Shown piece by piece: positions 39,467-49,180 of a DNA stretch of 64,000 nt. Position numbers and translations under genes: made by a program. This DNA is from Gemmatimonadota bacterium (GTDB taxonomy: Bacteria; 4572-55; J002), in the NCBI GenBank assembly GCA_003697105.1, contig RFFQ01000013.1, forward strand, positions 1 through 64,000, given 5' to 3'. Below the pieces are notes generated by a model. It saw only the letters and a program-made list of their open reading frames with translations, was not told the DNA's origin and did not search any database. How positions within the stretch are numbered: the first letter of the stretch is position 1; every line of letters starts with the position of its first letter.

Positions 39467-41443
39467 ATGCGTAAATTGTTTTTAGTATTGTTAGCTCTGG
39501 CTTTTTTGATGCCGGTACGCGGTATGGCGGTAGAACGCACCGTACTGGCAGAATTACAAACAGCAACGTGGTGAGTGTACTGTCCTTGGGCTGAAGCAGC
39601 CATCGATCAGTTGATCGAGGAATACGGTACCGATAACGTCGTTTATATTGCCTATCACTATACTGACGAACTGGAAATCGCCGAAGGAAGTGCACGCTGG
39701 GCATCCTATTATGGCAATGAAGGTACGCCTAATATGTACTTTGACGGGCTCCAAAATGTGTTAGGCGGTTGGGAAGGCTGTTATGACGCTTATCTTGCTG
39801 AATTGCAATCCCGCTGGGCAAACAGTAGCCCGATTCGCCTCGAACTCATCGGGGGAATTGTGGATACGGAAGGATATATCTCGGCAAATGTTACATTAGA
39901 AGGGGACATTCCCGCCGGTATGACCGTCCGCTTTGCCGTTATAGAAAATGATATTATCCTAAATCGCCACTATAATGGGGTATTACGAGACTTACTGGCA
40001 GAAGAAACGCTCAGCATCAGCCAGCAAGGCGAAACGGTTACGTTGGATCGCACCTTCCCCGTAGAAGAGGGTTGGAATTACGAAAATATGGGCGTGGTTG
40101 TATTTGTCCAAAATGATAACACCCACGAAGTCCTTCAAGCCGCTTATTTTGACGCTTCAGATTCTGAATATCTGGTGAGCTTTACGTCCAGCGGCACCGT
40201 TGCGATTTCAGAAGCAGACCAACCCTATGATTTTTATGCCTTGGTGGAGAATGTCGGTCCGAATGACGATACTTACACCATTACAATGAATACCGATGAA
40301 TTACCCGAAGGGTGGAACGCCACGTTTACCATCGGCGAAGACGTGTACGAATCCGAAGCCGAAATTGATCTGGCGTCAGGGGAACAGGTACTTCTCACTA
40401 TCAATTATAATCCGAATAACGTACCCGGTCAGGGCGATGTTTATTTAGAATTAGTCTCCCACGCCGAACCGCGCCTGCAAAAATCAATGAGTTTTCGGCT
40501 GATCTCCGATGTGGAAGTCCTGATTGTGGATGACGCCCTCAATACCGATGCCACCCTGTATGAAACGGTGCTAACCGAAGATGAAACGATATGGGGCACG
40601 TGGGAAGTCCTCCGGGGAGGCAACATTGATAGTGATGAAATTGCGAATATCCCCACCGTGTTATGGATAACCGGTAGCGACGATCGTGAAACCATCACCG
40701 AAGACGATCAAATGGAATTGATCACCTATCTGGAAAACGGCGGATCATTGCTCCTAACCGGTCACAATATCGGGGGCGATATTGCCGCAACTGAATTTTA
40801 CACCGATTTTCTGGGCGCCCGTTATCGTTTCAATAACTTCGGACAAACCACCCTGAACGGGATCGAAGGCAACCCGATTGGCGATGGGTTAGTCCTCGAA
40901 ATTGAACACGATTCCCCAGATGTGGTCATGATGCAGGACGATGTGGATGGTCTGGAACCGGTCTTCCAATATGGAGCAGTGCCCAACCTCTACGCGGCAC
41001 TCGCACATGCGGCAGATACGTACCGGACGGTCTATTTTTCTGTGAGTCTGGATCAAGTATCCGATCCAGACAGCCGGGAAAGTGCCCTATTGCGCTCCTT
41101 GCGCTGGTTGAGAGGCGAATCCACGAACATCGACCCGGTGGAGCAAACATCAATTGCCACCGTCTCACATTACCAACTGGCACAGAATGTACCGAACCCA
41201 TTTAACCCCCGAACCACAATTGCCTATGCGTTGCCGGAACAAAGTCGTGTCAGTATCCATATTTACAACTCTTCCGGTCAATTGATACGAACTCTGGTCA
41301 ATAAGACGCAGAATGCCGGCACATATCACGTCCAGTGGGACGGTACAGATAGTGAACATCACGAAGTCGCCAGTGGGATTTATCTGTATAAACTCGTGAC
41401 AGACAAAGAAACACACATTAAATCAATGGTATTACTCCGGTAA
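39467..41443 (+). CDS. Putative secreted selenoprotein, Omp28-like paralog 2 (UxxC; TGA 39572-39574 = residue 36), 658 aa, FlgD-Ig/T9SS-type CTD
   Basis: GAAGGAG RBS, ATG 39467, MRKLFLVLLALAFLMPVRGMA-VERTVLAELQTATW-TGA-VYCPW in frame with ORF 39575..41443; aligns to EQFTGAWCQNC. Confidence 0.88.
39589..39618 (+). promoter_or_regulatory. Candidate bacterial SECIS element for TGA 39572
   Basis: GGCTG-AAG-CAGCC (39589-39601), loop about 19-22 nt after TGA; adjacent hairpin TCGATC-AGTT-GATCGA (39603-39618). Confidence 0.55.
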
Positions 41444-41465
41444 CCAAGCGGGCATAATCGGGTGA

Positions 41466-41497
41466 AACCCTTAGCATCTACAAAGGTGCTAAGGGTT
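41466..41497. terminator. Intergenic stem-loop between paralogs 2 and 3
   Basis: AACCCTTAGCATCT-ACAA-AGGTGCTAAGGGTT; no U tract. Confidence 0.6.
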
Positions 41498-41549
41498 CAA
41501 TCCCAACAGAACACTCCATACCAAAAGCCCATTCATGAGGAGATTACCG

Positions 41550-43550
41550 ATGAGGCAAATTTTATGGACAAGTGTGGTTTGGTCATTTATTGCCGTCTCC
41601 GCATTTGCAACGGAACGGGTGGTCTTAATGGAAATGTTTACCAGCACCACCTGACCGGTTTGTCCCACTGCGGAGCAGTGGCTTGATAACTGGTATCCTA
41701 GCAATTACGATGACGTGGCAATTATCCGTTACCACATGAATTGGCCCGCCCCCGGGAATGACCCCTTTTATCACGCCAACCCGCTAGAAAACAACGCCCG
41801 GCGAGGGGTTTACGGCGTCAACGGCATACCGGACATGTTTGTGGATGGCGTTTTAAATCCAGGCATACCCTACAGTACCGCCGTCAACCAACGGTTGGAG
41901 ATACCTAGCCCGTTGGAAATCAATGTGGATGGAACATTTGATTGGACTACCAATGAAGGCACCACTACGGTGGAAATCACAGCAACAGAAGACTTCTCTT
42001 ATAATTCATTGCGGATGCAATACGTGATTATTGAAAATAATGTAGCATACACCGGTCCAAACGGACATACACCCCACCATCAGGTGATGCACGATATGGT
42101 ACCAACAGCTTCGGGCGAAAGTTTTGAGATTACAAATGGAGAAACCCTCCTATTCAACCGGAATTTCGTCATTGATGAAAGCTGGGATGCGAATGAATGT
42201 GAGATTGTTGTTTTTGTGCAGGATAATACGAGCCGTGAAGTCTTTCAAGCAATGCATATGTCGCTTGATGAACTGTTTCCTATCCGCCTCCGCTTTGAAA
42301 CAAGCGGCAATACGGCACTGGGTGCGTCCGATGGTGAGTATCCGTTTTACGCCCTCATCGAAAATCAAGACAACCAAGCAGATGTATTTGATGTTGAATT
42401 GACAACCTCTGCACCCGAGGCGTGGTCGATCAATTTTACGCTGGAAGGAGTCACCTACGAGGATGGGGCAGAACTCCCCCTCGATGCCGGTGAAGAAGTG
42501 CCCTTAACCGTGAATATCAGCCCCAATAGCACCGCCGGTGAAGGTTTTGCCACGGTCACCCTCACCTCCCAATCCGAACCACGGGTGGTAAAATCTCTGA
42601 CCTTCCAACTCATTACCAATGATGTAGATGTGCTCGTGATTGACGATGCCAATGATGGTAATATTGAACCGTATCGCGCCGCACTGGAAACAACCGATTT
42701 TGTCTTTGGCGCCTGGGATGTCGCGGTGGGAGGCGCTCTAAATCCAGAGGATCTAGAACAGATTACGACCCTCATCTGGTTTACCGGCGGTGAAGAAGAG
42801 ACCGCTTTAGAACCCGATGAAATCGAGATGTTGACCGGTTACCTCGATAACGGCGGGCAACTGATGCTCTCGGGGCGAAATTTGGGCGTTGCGATTGGCA
42901 CAACAGATTTTTATACTGAATATCTCGGTGCCCATTTCCGGTTCAACAACTTCAGCACCTATGAGGTGAATGGGATTGAAGGCGACCCCATCGGGGATGG
43001 TATCTCCTTCACATTTGAGCAGGATTCCCCAGATGTCGTCCTCCCCCGTCCCGGAGTGGATGGCGTGTCACCGGTTTTTCAATATGGCGATATTCCGCTG
43101 TATGCGGCACTACGGCACGAGACCGAAACCTACCGCACGGTGTACTATTCGATCAGCTTGGAAGGCGTCAATGAAGCCGATGCCCTCGCCCAGCTCATCG
43201 AAAATTCGGTTCTCTGGTTACAAGGGGAAGAAACAGCAATTGAGCCACAAAAAAGTGATGTGGCACGTGTAACTGCCTATCAATTATTTCAAAATGTACC
43301 GAATCCATTCAATCCTCAAACTCAAATTGAATATGCGGTGCCGGTACCTGCAACAGTTCAGTTGAATATCTATTCCGTGACAGGACAATTCATCAAAACG
43401 CTTGTACATCGTCCGCAAAGTGCCGGACACTATCGTGTGATATGGGATGGTACCAACCAGTTTGGAGCTGCCGTAGCCAGCGGAATTTATCTGTATGAAC
43501 TATCGGCTGGGGAACACCGGCTCACCCGTCAGATGGTTCTACTCCATTAA
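41550..43550 (+). CDS. Putative secreted selenoprotein, Omp28-like paralog 3 (UxxC; TGA 41652-41654 = residue 35), 666 aa, FlgD-Ig/T9SS-type CTD
   Basis: GAGGAG RBS, ATG 41550, MRQILWTSVVWSFIAVSAFA-TERVVLMEMFTSTT-TGA-PVCPTAEQWLDNWYP in frame with ORF 41715..43550; next gene reads EMFTSTTCPPC. Confidence 0.92.
41665..41681 (+). promoter_or_regulatory. Candidate bacterial SECIS element for TGA 41652
   Basis: Perfect 7-bp stem CCACTGC-GGA-GCAGTGG starting 11 nt after TGA, with G at the start of the loop. Confidence 0.7.
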
Positions 43551-43621
43551 TCTCACTGGCGAAACCTCAAGGAAGGAGGCTTCGTCTATTTTCCCAACCT
43601 ATGTTTTAAGGAGGTTTTACG

Positions 43622-45709
43622 ATGCGTAAAACACTATTTATGGTTTTAATATTAATACTAATGGTTACGCTTTTCGTACCCAATGTACACGCGGAACGAA
43701 TCGTACTGTTGGAGATGTTTACCAGTACCACCTGCCCACCGTGTGTATCCGCCAATGCGGCGATGAATACGTGGTATCCTGACAACGATGATATTTCGGC
43801 ATTGATTCGCTACCATGTTTGGTGGCCCTCACCGGGCAATGACCCGTTCTATCTGGCAAACACGGCAGAAGCCCAAGCCCGCACCAATTATTACGGGGTA
43901 AATGGGGTGCCCGACATCTTTGCAGATGGACTTTTGGACGCCAGTTTCCCTCCCATTTCTCAGGTTGCTCAACGTCGCGCGGTAGACCCGCCAGTGGATA
44001 TTATGGTTGCCGGCAGCTATGACGTTGATAATAACGTTGGTGAGGCAACTATTACTGTCTCCGCGCTGGAAGACTTCAATTACAATGACCTCCGCTTTTT
44101 CTTCGTTATTACGGAAGATAATTGTGTGTACACTGGTACAAACGGGGATCCGGTACACCATCAGGTGATGCGCGACATGGTGCCAAATGCCAACGGCGAA
44201 AGTTTTGATATTGCCGATGGTGAATCGGTCGTGTTTACCCGATCCTTCTCGCTATCACCCGTACCGGGTGTAAATGAGACCGGAATTCCTGAAAATACAA
44301 ACGTCGTGTGCTGGGTTCAAGATGTAGCAACAAATTCCAGAGAAGTACATCAGGCCGCTTGGGTACCCCTAATGGAACTCGTCCCAGCCGCCGCTATTGA
44401 AGGATATGTCACCGACTGTGCCAATGAGGAAGGCTTGGATGTGACGAATGTCTATGTGGAAGGCACGGGATATGCCACCATCACCGATGAAAATGGATTT
44501 TACCATCTCAATGCCGAACCGGGCACGCACACGGTCGTTTTTGAGCGGTTCGGGTATGTCACACACACCCAAGAAGTCACCTTAGCCGAAGATGATCTAC
44601 TGCCCGTAGATGTCTGTCTGAATGCGTTCGGGCAATCCACGTTAACCGGAACGGTTTCACAGCGGGAAAATGGTAATCCAATTCCAAATGCACCCATTGA
44701 ACTGCTCGGTGTACCAATTAATTCCACCGTAACGGATGAAAACGGGGTCTATACGTTCAGTGTTCCGGGTGGTTACACCTACGAGGTTTCGGTCTATGCA
44801 GATGATCGCGAACCGGTTGTAGAAAGCGTTACCGTACCTGAAAATGAAGTGGTAGAGCACAACTTCCCGATGCGCTTTGTTCAAAGTTTTGAAGCAACCG
44901 ATGGTGGCTTTGATCCCAACCGCCTGTGGGAGTGGGGCGATGCCAACGCAGGTGGTGGCGCTGAAACGGCCTATTTGGGGATGAAGTACTGGTCAACCAA
45001 TATCGACGGTGCATATCCCAGTAATCAACGTGCCGATCTGGTGACACCCGAATATAGCCTGACCCAAGCCAACGCCGCCGATTTATTCTATGCCCACTGG
45101 CTCGATACCAACGAGGGATGGGACGGCTATAATCTTTCCATCAGCACTAACGGCGGCGATGACTGGGTCCGGATCGAACCGGAAGGAGGCTATCCCGGCA
45201 GTGTGATCGGATTATCGGGACAACCTGGCTTCTCCAGTGATAGCAACGTATGGGAGATGGTACATTATGATCTGACCGACTATCTCGGCGAAGTGGTTCA
45301 ATTCCGATTCCGTTTCGGTAGTACCAACAACAACCGGAATTACTTAGGGGTTTGCATTGACTATTTTGATCTCCAAACGGATGTGGAAACGGCGGTAGAT
45401 GAGCCACAAATGACGGGTATTGCCATTCCACAAGCCCTGACACTGAGCCAAAATGTCCCCAACCCGTTCAACCCCAATACGAAAATCCATTTTGCCTTGC
45501 CCCAAACCCAACATATTAATGTCGCCATTTATGCCCTGAATGGACAGTTGGTAAAAACATTGCAAAATGGTGTTCTTTCGGCAGGGGATTACACCGTTAC
45601 TTGGAATGGTACCAATGAGCAAGGCGTACCGGTAGCCAGCGGAACATACATCTACCGCTTGGAAAGCAACGCTGAAATCCTCAGCAAAACCATGGTCTTG
45701 TTGAAGTAA
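43622..45709 (+). CDS. Secreted Omp28-like paralog 4 (CPPC) with two carboxypeptidase-regulatory-like domains, a jelly-roll domain and FlgD-Ig/T9SS-type CTD
   Basis: AAGGAGG RBS, signal peptide; 'EMFTSTTCPPC', 'WPSPGNDPFY', 'HQVMRDM'; two 'TDENG.Y' repeats; 'NVPNPFNP'. Confidence 0.9.
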   Translation: MRKTLFMVLILILMVTLFVPNVHAERIVLLEMFTSTTCPPCVSANAAMNTWYPDNDDISALIRYHVWWPSPGNDPFYLANTAEAQARTNYYGVNGVPDIFADGLLDASFPPISQVAQRRAVDPPVDIMVAGSYDVDNNVGEATITVSALEDFNYNDLRFFFVITEDNCVYTGTNGDPVHHQVMRDMVPNANGESFDIADGESVVFTRSFSLSPVPGVNETGIPENTNVVCWVQDVATNSREVHQAAWVPLMELVPAAAIEGYVTDCANEEGLDVTNVYVEGTGYATITDENGFYHLNAEPGTHTVVFERFGYVTHTQEVTLAEDDLLPVDVCLNAFGQSTLTGTVSQRENGNPIPNAPIELLGVPINSTVTDENGVYTFSVPGGYTYEVSVYADDREPVVESVTVPENEVVEHNFPMRFVQSFEATDGGFDPNRLWEWGDANAGGGAETAYLGMKYWSTNIDGAYPSNQRADLVTPEYSLTQANAADLFYAHWLDTNEGWDGYNLSISTNGGDDWVRIEPEGGYPGSVIGLSGQPGFSSDSNVWEMVHYDLTDYLGEVVQFRFRFGSTNNNRNYLGVCIDYFDLQTDVETAVDEPQMTGIAIPQALTLSQNVPNPFNPNTKIHFALPQTQHINVAIYALNGQLVKTLQNGVLSAGDYTVTWNGTNEQGVPVASGTYIYRLESNAEILSKTMVLLK

Positions 45710-45769
45710 CGATTCGTCTCCTCCATGCCTAAATCCGAGCGATTTGGCATGGTTCACTCTATTGATTGG

Positions 45770-45804
45770 AAACCGCCACTGCTCAGATGAATAGTGGCGG
45801 TTTT
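45770..45804 (+). terminator. Terminator at the end of the Omp28 cluster
   Basis: AAACCGCCACT-N12-AGTGGCGGTTTT; a second hairpin lies at about 45723-45752. Confidence 0.65.
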
Positions 45805-45820
45805 ACCATTTATGGACAAT

Positions 45821-46570
45821 ATGAAGCGCATTACACCTCACGGTGACCGGCTTGACCGGCTACTGGTAACTTTGCAACTCACCGAATCCCGCCACCGCGC
45901 CCAACAATTGATTCAAAAAGGTGCGATTCGGGTCAACGGGGAGATTATTACCAAAAACAGTGCTCCAATTGCGGAAGGAGCCATTATCGAGGTGCTCCAG
46001 TCCTTATCCTATGTCAGCCGGGCGGGTTACAAATTAGAACATGCGCTCCGGCAGTTTAAGGTAGATGTCGCTGGGTTCATTTGCCTCGATATTGGCGCCT
46101 CCACCGGTGGATTTACAGACTGCTTGCTACAACACGGTGCAAATCGGGTTTATGCGGTTGATGTAGGAAGTAATCAACTTCACCAAACACTTAGACCAAA
46201 TCCACGTGTGATTTCCATGGAAAAAACCGATCTGCGCACATTACCCACCCTACCGGAACCGGTGGATTTGATAGTGATCGATGTTAGTTTTATTTCGCTC
46301 AGCTTGATCTTCCCGCATTTGGCTCGATTTTCTCATGACAAAAGCCGGATCATCAGTTTGATTAAACCCCAATTTGAGGTGGGCAAAGGTCATCTTAATA
46401 AACGAGGAATTGTCCGCCGGACAGAAGACCGCCAACGGGTACTTCAAACGGTAGTACACCATGCTGAAAGTCACGGATGGCACTGCTTACAACAAACCGA
46501 ATCCCCCATCGCCGGTGGGGACGGAAATATAGAGTATTTGGCATTATTTTGCCTTGAATCACCTCAATAG
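45821..46570 (+). CDS. tlyA: TlyA family rRNA (cytidine-2'-O)-methyltransferase
   Basis: S4 domain 'RLDRLL...SRHRAQQLI', 'YVSRAGYKL', 'DIGASTGGFTD', 'DVSFISL', 'KPQFE'; start uncertain (45812 or 45821). Confidence 0.95.
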   Translation: MKRITPHGDRLDRLLVTLQLTESRHRAQQLIQKGAIRVNGEIITKNSAPIAEGAIIEVLQSLSYVSRAGYKLEHALRQFKVDVAGFICLDIGASTGGFTDCLLQHGANRVYAVDVGSNQLHQTLRPNPRVISMEKTDLRTLPTLPEPVDLIVIDVSFISLSLIFPHLARFSHDKSRIISLIKPQFEVGKGHLNKRGIVRRTEDRQRVLQTVVHHAESHGWHCLQQTESPIAGGDGNIEYLALFCLESPQ

Positions 46571-46602
46571 CATCATTTGCCGCGTCACCTCGTGTCCTGT
46601 TT

Positions 46603-48099
46603 TTAATTCACGGATACCCATCCTTTTGCGCGCTCTAGGGCGTTTTTCCACCCGGCAATCAATGTTGCCACGTTAGCGTGATCCATCTGGGGCGTAAATC
46701 GCTGATCCACCTGATACTGTTTGGCGATGTCATCCAAATTCTCCCAATAACCGGTCGCCAATCCGGCGAGATATGCCGCGCCGAGTGCGGTTGTCTCCGA
46801 CACACGAGGGCGAATGAGCGGCACCCCCAGAATATCCGCTTGGAATTGCATCAGCAGATTATTAACGGTTGCACCGCCATCTACCCGCAACTCGCGGATG
46901 GTAATGCCGGAATCCGCTTCCATTGCCGCCAGCACATCCCGTACTTGAAAGGCAATACTTTCCAATGCCGCCCGCGCCAGATGTGCCGCAGTGGTACCCC
47001 GTGTCAAGCCACAAATGGTGCCGCGCGCGTAGGAATCCCAGTGCGGAGCGCCTAATCCCGCAAACGCTGGTACCAGATAAACCCCACCGTTATCATTCAC
47101 ATTTGTCGCAAGCGTTTCCACCTCCGCTGAGGAGCGAATAATACCCAACCCATCCCGCAACCATTGCACCACAGCGCCCGCGATGAAGATACTACCTTCC
47201 AATGCGTACTCGGTTTTGCCCCCGATTTGCCACGCCACCGTTGAAAGCAAATTGTTGTGGGAGGTGATCGCCGTTTCGCCGGTGTTGAGCATCATAAAAC
47301 AACCCGTTCCGTACGTATTTTTAGACATCCCCGGTTGGGTGCAGACCTGCCCAAACAACGCCGCTTGCTGGTCACCAGCCATCCCAGCAATGAGCGCCGG
47401 AACGGCGAAAATGGAATTATCCGTCATCCCGTATATCTCGCTGGAGGAGCGAACTTCTGGCAGTAATGCCCGGGGAATATCGAGCAATTCTAGCAGGTCA
47501 TCATCCCAATCAAGGGTATGGATGTTGAACAACAGAGTCCGGCTGGCGTTGCTGACATCGGTCAGATGCAATTTCCCCCCGCTCAACTTCCAGACCAACC
47601 AACTATCCACCGTCCCAAAGGCAAGATGACCCGCTTTCGCCTTCTCCCGTGCGCCACCGACATTATCCAAAATCCATTTGATTTTGGTTGCAGAAAAATA
47701 GGCATCCACAAGCAGTCCCGTTTTCTGCTGAATCAGCCCCGCATGACCTTGCTCACGAAGCGCATCACATAACGGGGCGGTGCGCCGGTCTTGCCAGACA
47801 ATGGCATTAAAAATGGGTTCTCCCGTTTGGCGGTCCCAAATCAGGGTGGTCTCCCGTTGGTTGGTGATCCCGATCCCCGCAATCTGATCCCCGTGGAGTC
47901 CCATTCGAGCAATAGCTTCTGCCGCGACAGCCGCTTGAGACGCCCAAATTTCGTGCGGATCGTGCTCGACCCAGCCCGGTTGCGGGTAATATTGGGTGAA
48001 TTCCTTCTGTGCAATCGATTGAATCTCCCCACGCGAGTCAAATATCATCGCGCGAGAACTGGTTGTGCCCTGATCCAGAGCGAGAATGAAACGTTCCAT
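46603..48099 (-). CDS. glpK: Glycerol kinase
   Basis: '[11 protein letters not shown]', 'GITNQRET', 'GDQQAALFG', 'KNTYGTG', 'ALEGS'. Confidence 0.98.
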   Translation of the reverse strand: MERFILALDQGTTSSRAMIFDSRGEIQSIAQKEFTQYYPQPGWVEHDPHEIWASQAAVAAEAIARMGLHGDQIAGIGITNQRETTLIWDRQTGEPIFNAIVWQDRRTAPLCDALREQGHAGLIQQKTGLLVDAYFSATKIKWILDNVGGAREKAKAGHLAFGTVDSWLVWKLSGGKLHLTDVSNASRTLLFNIHTLDWDDDLLELLDIPRALLPEVRSSSEIYGMTDNSIFAVPALIAGMAGDQQAALFGQVCTQPGMSKNTYGTGCFMMLNTGETAITSHNNLLSTVAWQIGGKTEYALEGSIFIAGAVVQWLRDGLGIIRSSAEVETLATNVNDNGGVYLVPAFAGLGAPHWDSYARGTICGLTRGTTAAHLARAALESIAFQVRDVLAAMEADSGITIRELRVDGGATVNNLLMQFQADILGVPLIRPRVSETTALGAAYLAGLATGYWENLDDIAKQYQVDQRFTPQMDHANVATLIAGWKNALERAKGWVSVN

Positions 48100-48192
48100 C
48101 AAAACCTCCTACGGATAGGATGAAAACAGGGTGAATCCATCTTGCGACATCACGATAAACCGATAACCTGCTAACAGAAAATCCTGAAAGGG

Positions 48193-48221
48193 TTGACAGC
48201 GTTCGACCAATCGTGTATTTT
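48193..48221 (+). promoter_or_regulatory. Sigma70-type promoter for the PfkB kinase
   Basis: TTGACA-17 bp-TATTTT. Confidence 0.55.
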
Positions 48222-48274
48222 CACAGCGGTTGTTCATCTATTTTATTTCTTAATCTTAAATTTACGAGGATGTT

Positions 48275-49180
48275 ATGAGCATTGTAGTGGTTGGATCCGT
48301 CGCGCTAGATAGTGTGGAAACTCCGTTTGGTAAAGCCGAAAACGCCTTAGGGGGTTCGGCGACGTATTTTAGTGCGGCGGCAAGCTATTTTTCACCGGTC
48401 AATATTGTCGCCGTGGTCGGGGATGATTTTCCGCAAGAGGATATTGAATTTTTGCGCGAACGCGGTGTCAATATGGAGGGTTTGGAAGTCATCAAAGGCG
48501 GTAAAACCTTTCATTGGAAAGGGTATTACGGCTATAATCTGAATGAAGCTCAGACCTTAGATACCCAATTAAATGTGTTTGAGACCTTCAACCCCCAATT
48601 ACCGGAATCCTACCGTAATAGTGATTATCTCTTTTTGGCAAACATTCACCCGGCGTTGCAACTCAGCGTCCTGGAGCAAGTCGAATCTCCCAAACTGATC
48701 GCCGTGGATTCCATGAATTTGTGGATTTCCGAAACACGGAATGAACTGTTGACCGTCCTCGGCAAAGTCGATATTGCCATGTTGAACGATGGAGAAGCCC
48801 GCCAACTTTCCGGGGAAGCAAACCTGATCAAAGCGGCAAAAGCCGTGCGCGAGATGGGTCCGAAAGTCGTGATCATCAAAAAAGGAGAACACGGTGTGGC
48901 GATGTTTGGGGAAGATTCTTACTTTGTCTTGCCCGCATCCCCGGTAGAAGAGGTCAAAGACCCAACCGGCGCCGGCGACAGTTTTGCTGGAGGGTTTATG
49001 GGGTATATTGCCAAAGCCGGAAATTTGGAAGACCGCACCCTGCGGCGAGCCGTGGTTTATGGGAGCACCATCGCCTCATTCTGCGTGGAAGATTTCAGTT
49101 TGGAACGATACCGTACCCTGACGATGGAAGAGATTGAGGCACGTTACGAGACCTTTAAAGAGTTCTCCGCATTTGCGTAA
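48275..49180 (+). CDS. PfkB family carbohydrate/nucleoside kinase
   Basis: 'LGGSATY', 'KKGEHG', 'DPTGAGDSFAGG'. Confidence 0.93.
   Translation: MSIVVVGSVALDSVETPFGKAENALGGSATYFSAAASYFSPVNIVAVVGDDFPQEDIEFLRERGVNMEGLEVIKGGKTFHWKGYYGYNLNEAQTLDTQLNVFETFNPQLPESYRNSDYLFLANIHPALQLSVLEQVESPKLIAVDSMNLWISETRNELLTVLGKVDIAMLNDGEARQLSGEANLIKAAKAVREMGPKVVIIKKGEHGVAMFGEDSYFVLPASPVEEVKDPTGAGDSFAGGFMGYIAKAGNLEDRTLRRAVVYGSTIASFCVEDFSLERYRTLTMEEIEARYETFKEFSAFA

Noticed and set aside
41471-41492. CIRCE-like TTAGCATCT-ACAA-AGGTGCTAA
   Set aside because: Spacer is 4 rather than 9 nt, it is part of a longer hairpin, and it is not at a heat-shock gene
39572-41654. Genome-wide UGA reassignment to Trp or Gly
   Set aside because: TGA ends ordinary genes here (13552, 23320, overlaps at 12317, 35718, 52720), Trp uses TGG, and the only in-frame TGAs I found sit at catalytic Cys positions
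39575-41717. ORF-track GTG starts at 39575 and 41715
   Set aside because: No clear RBS, and they would remove the signal peptide and part or all of the active-site motif
39467-43550. Both genes as nonsense pseudogenes
   Set aside because: Disfavoured, not excluded: same catalytic position in two diverged paralogs, intact RBS, signal peptides and frames, and downstream hairpins
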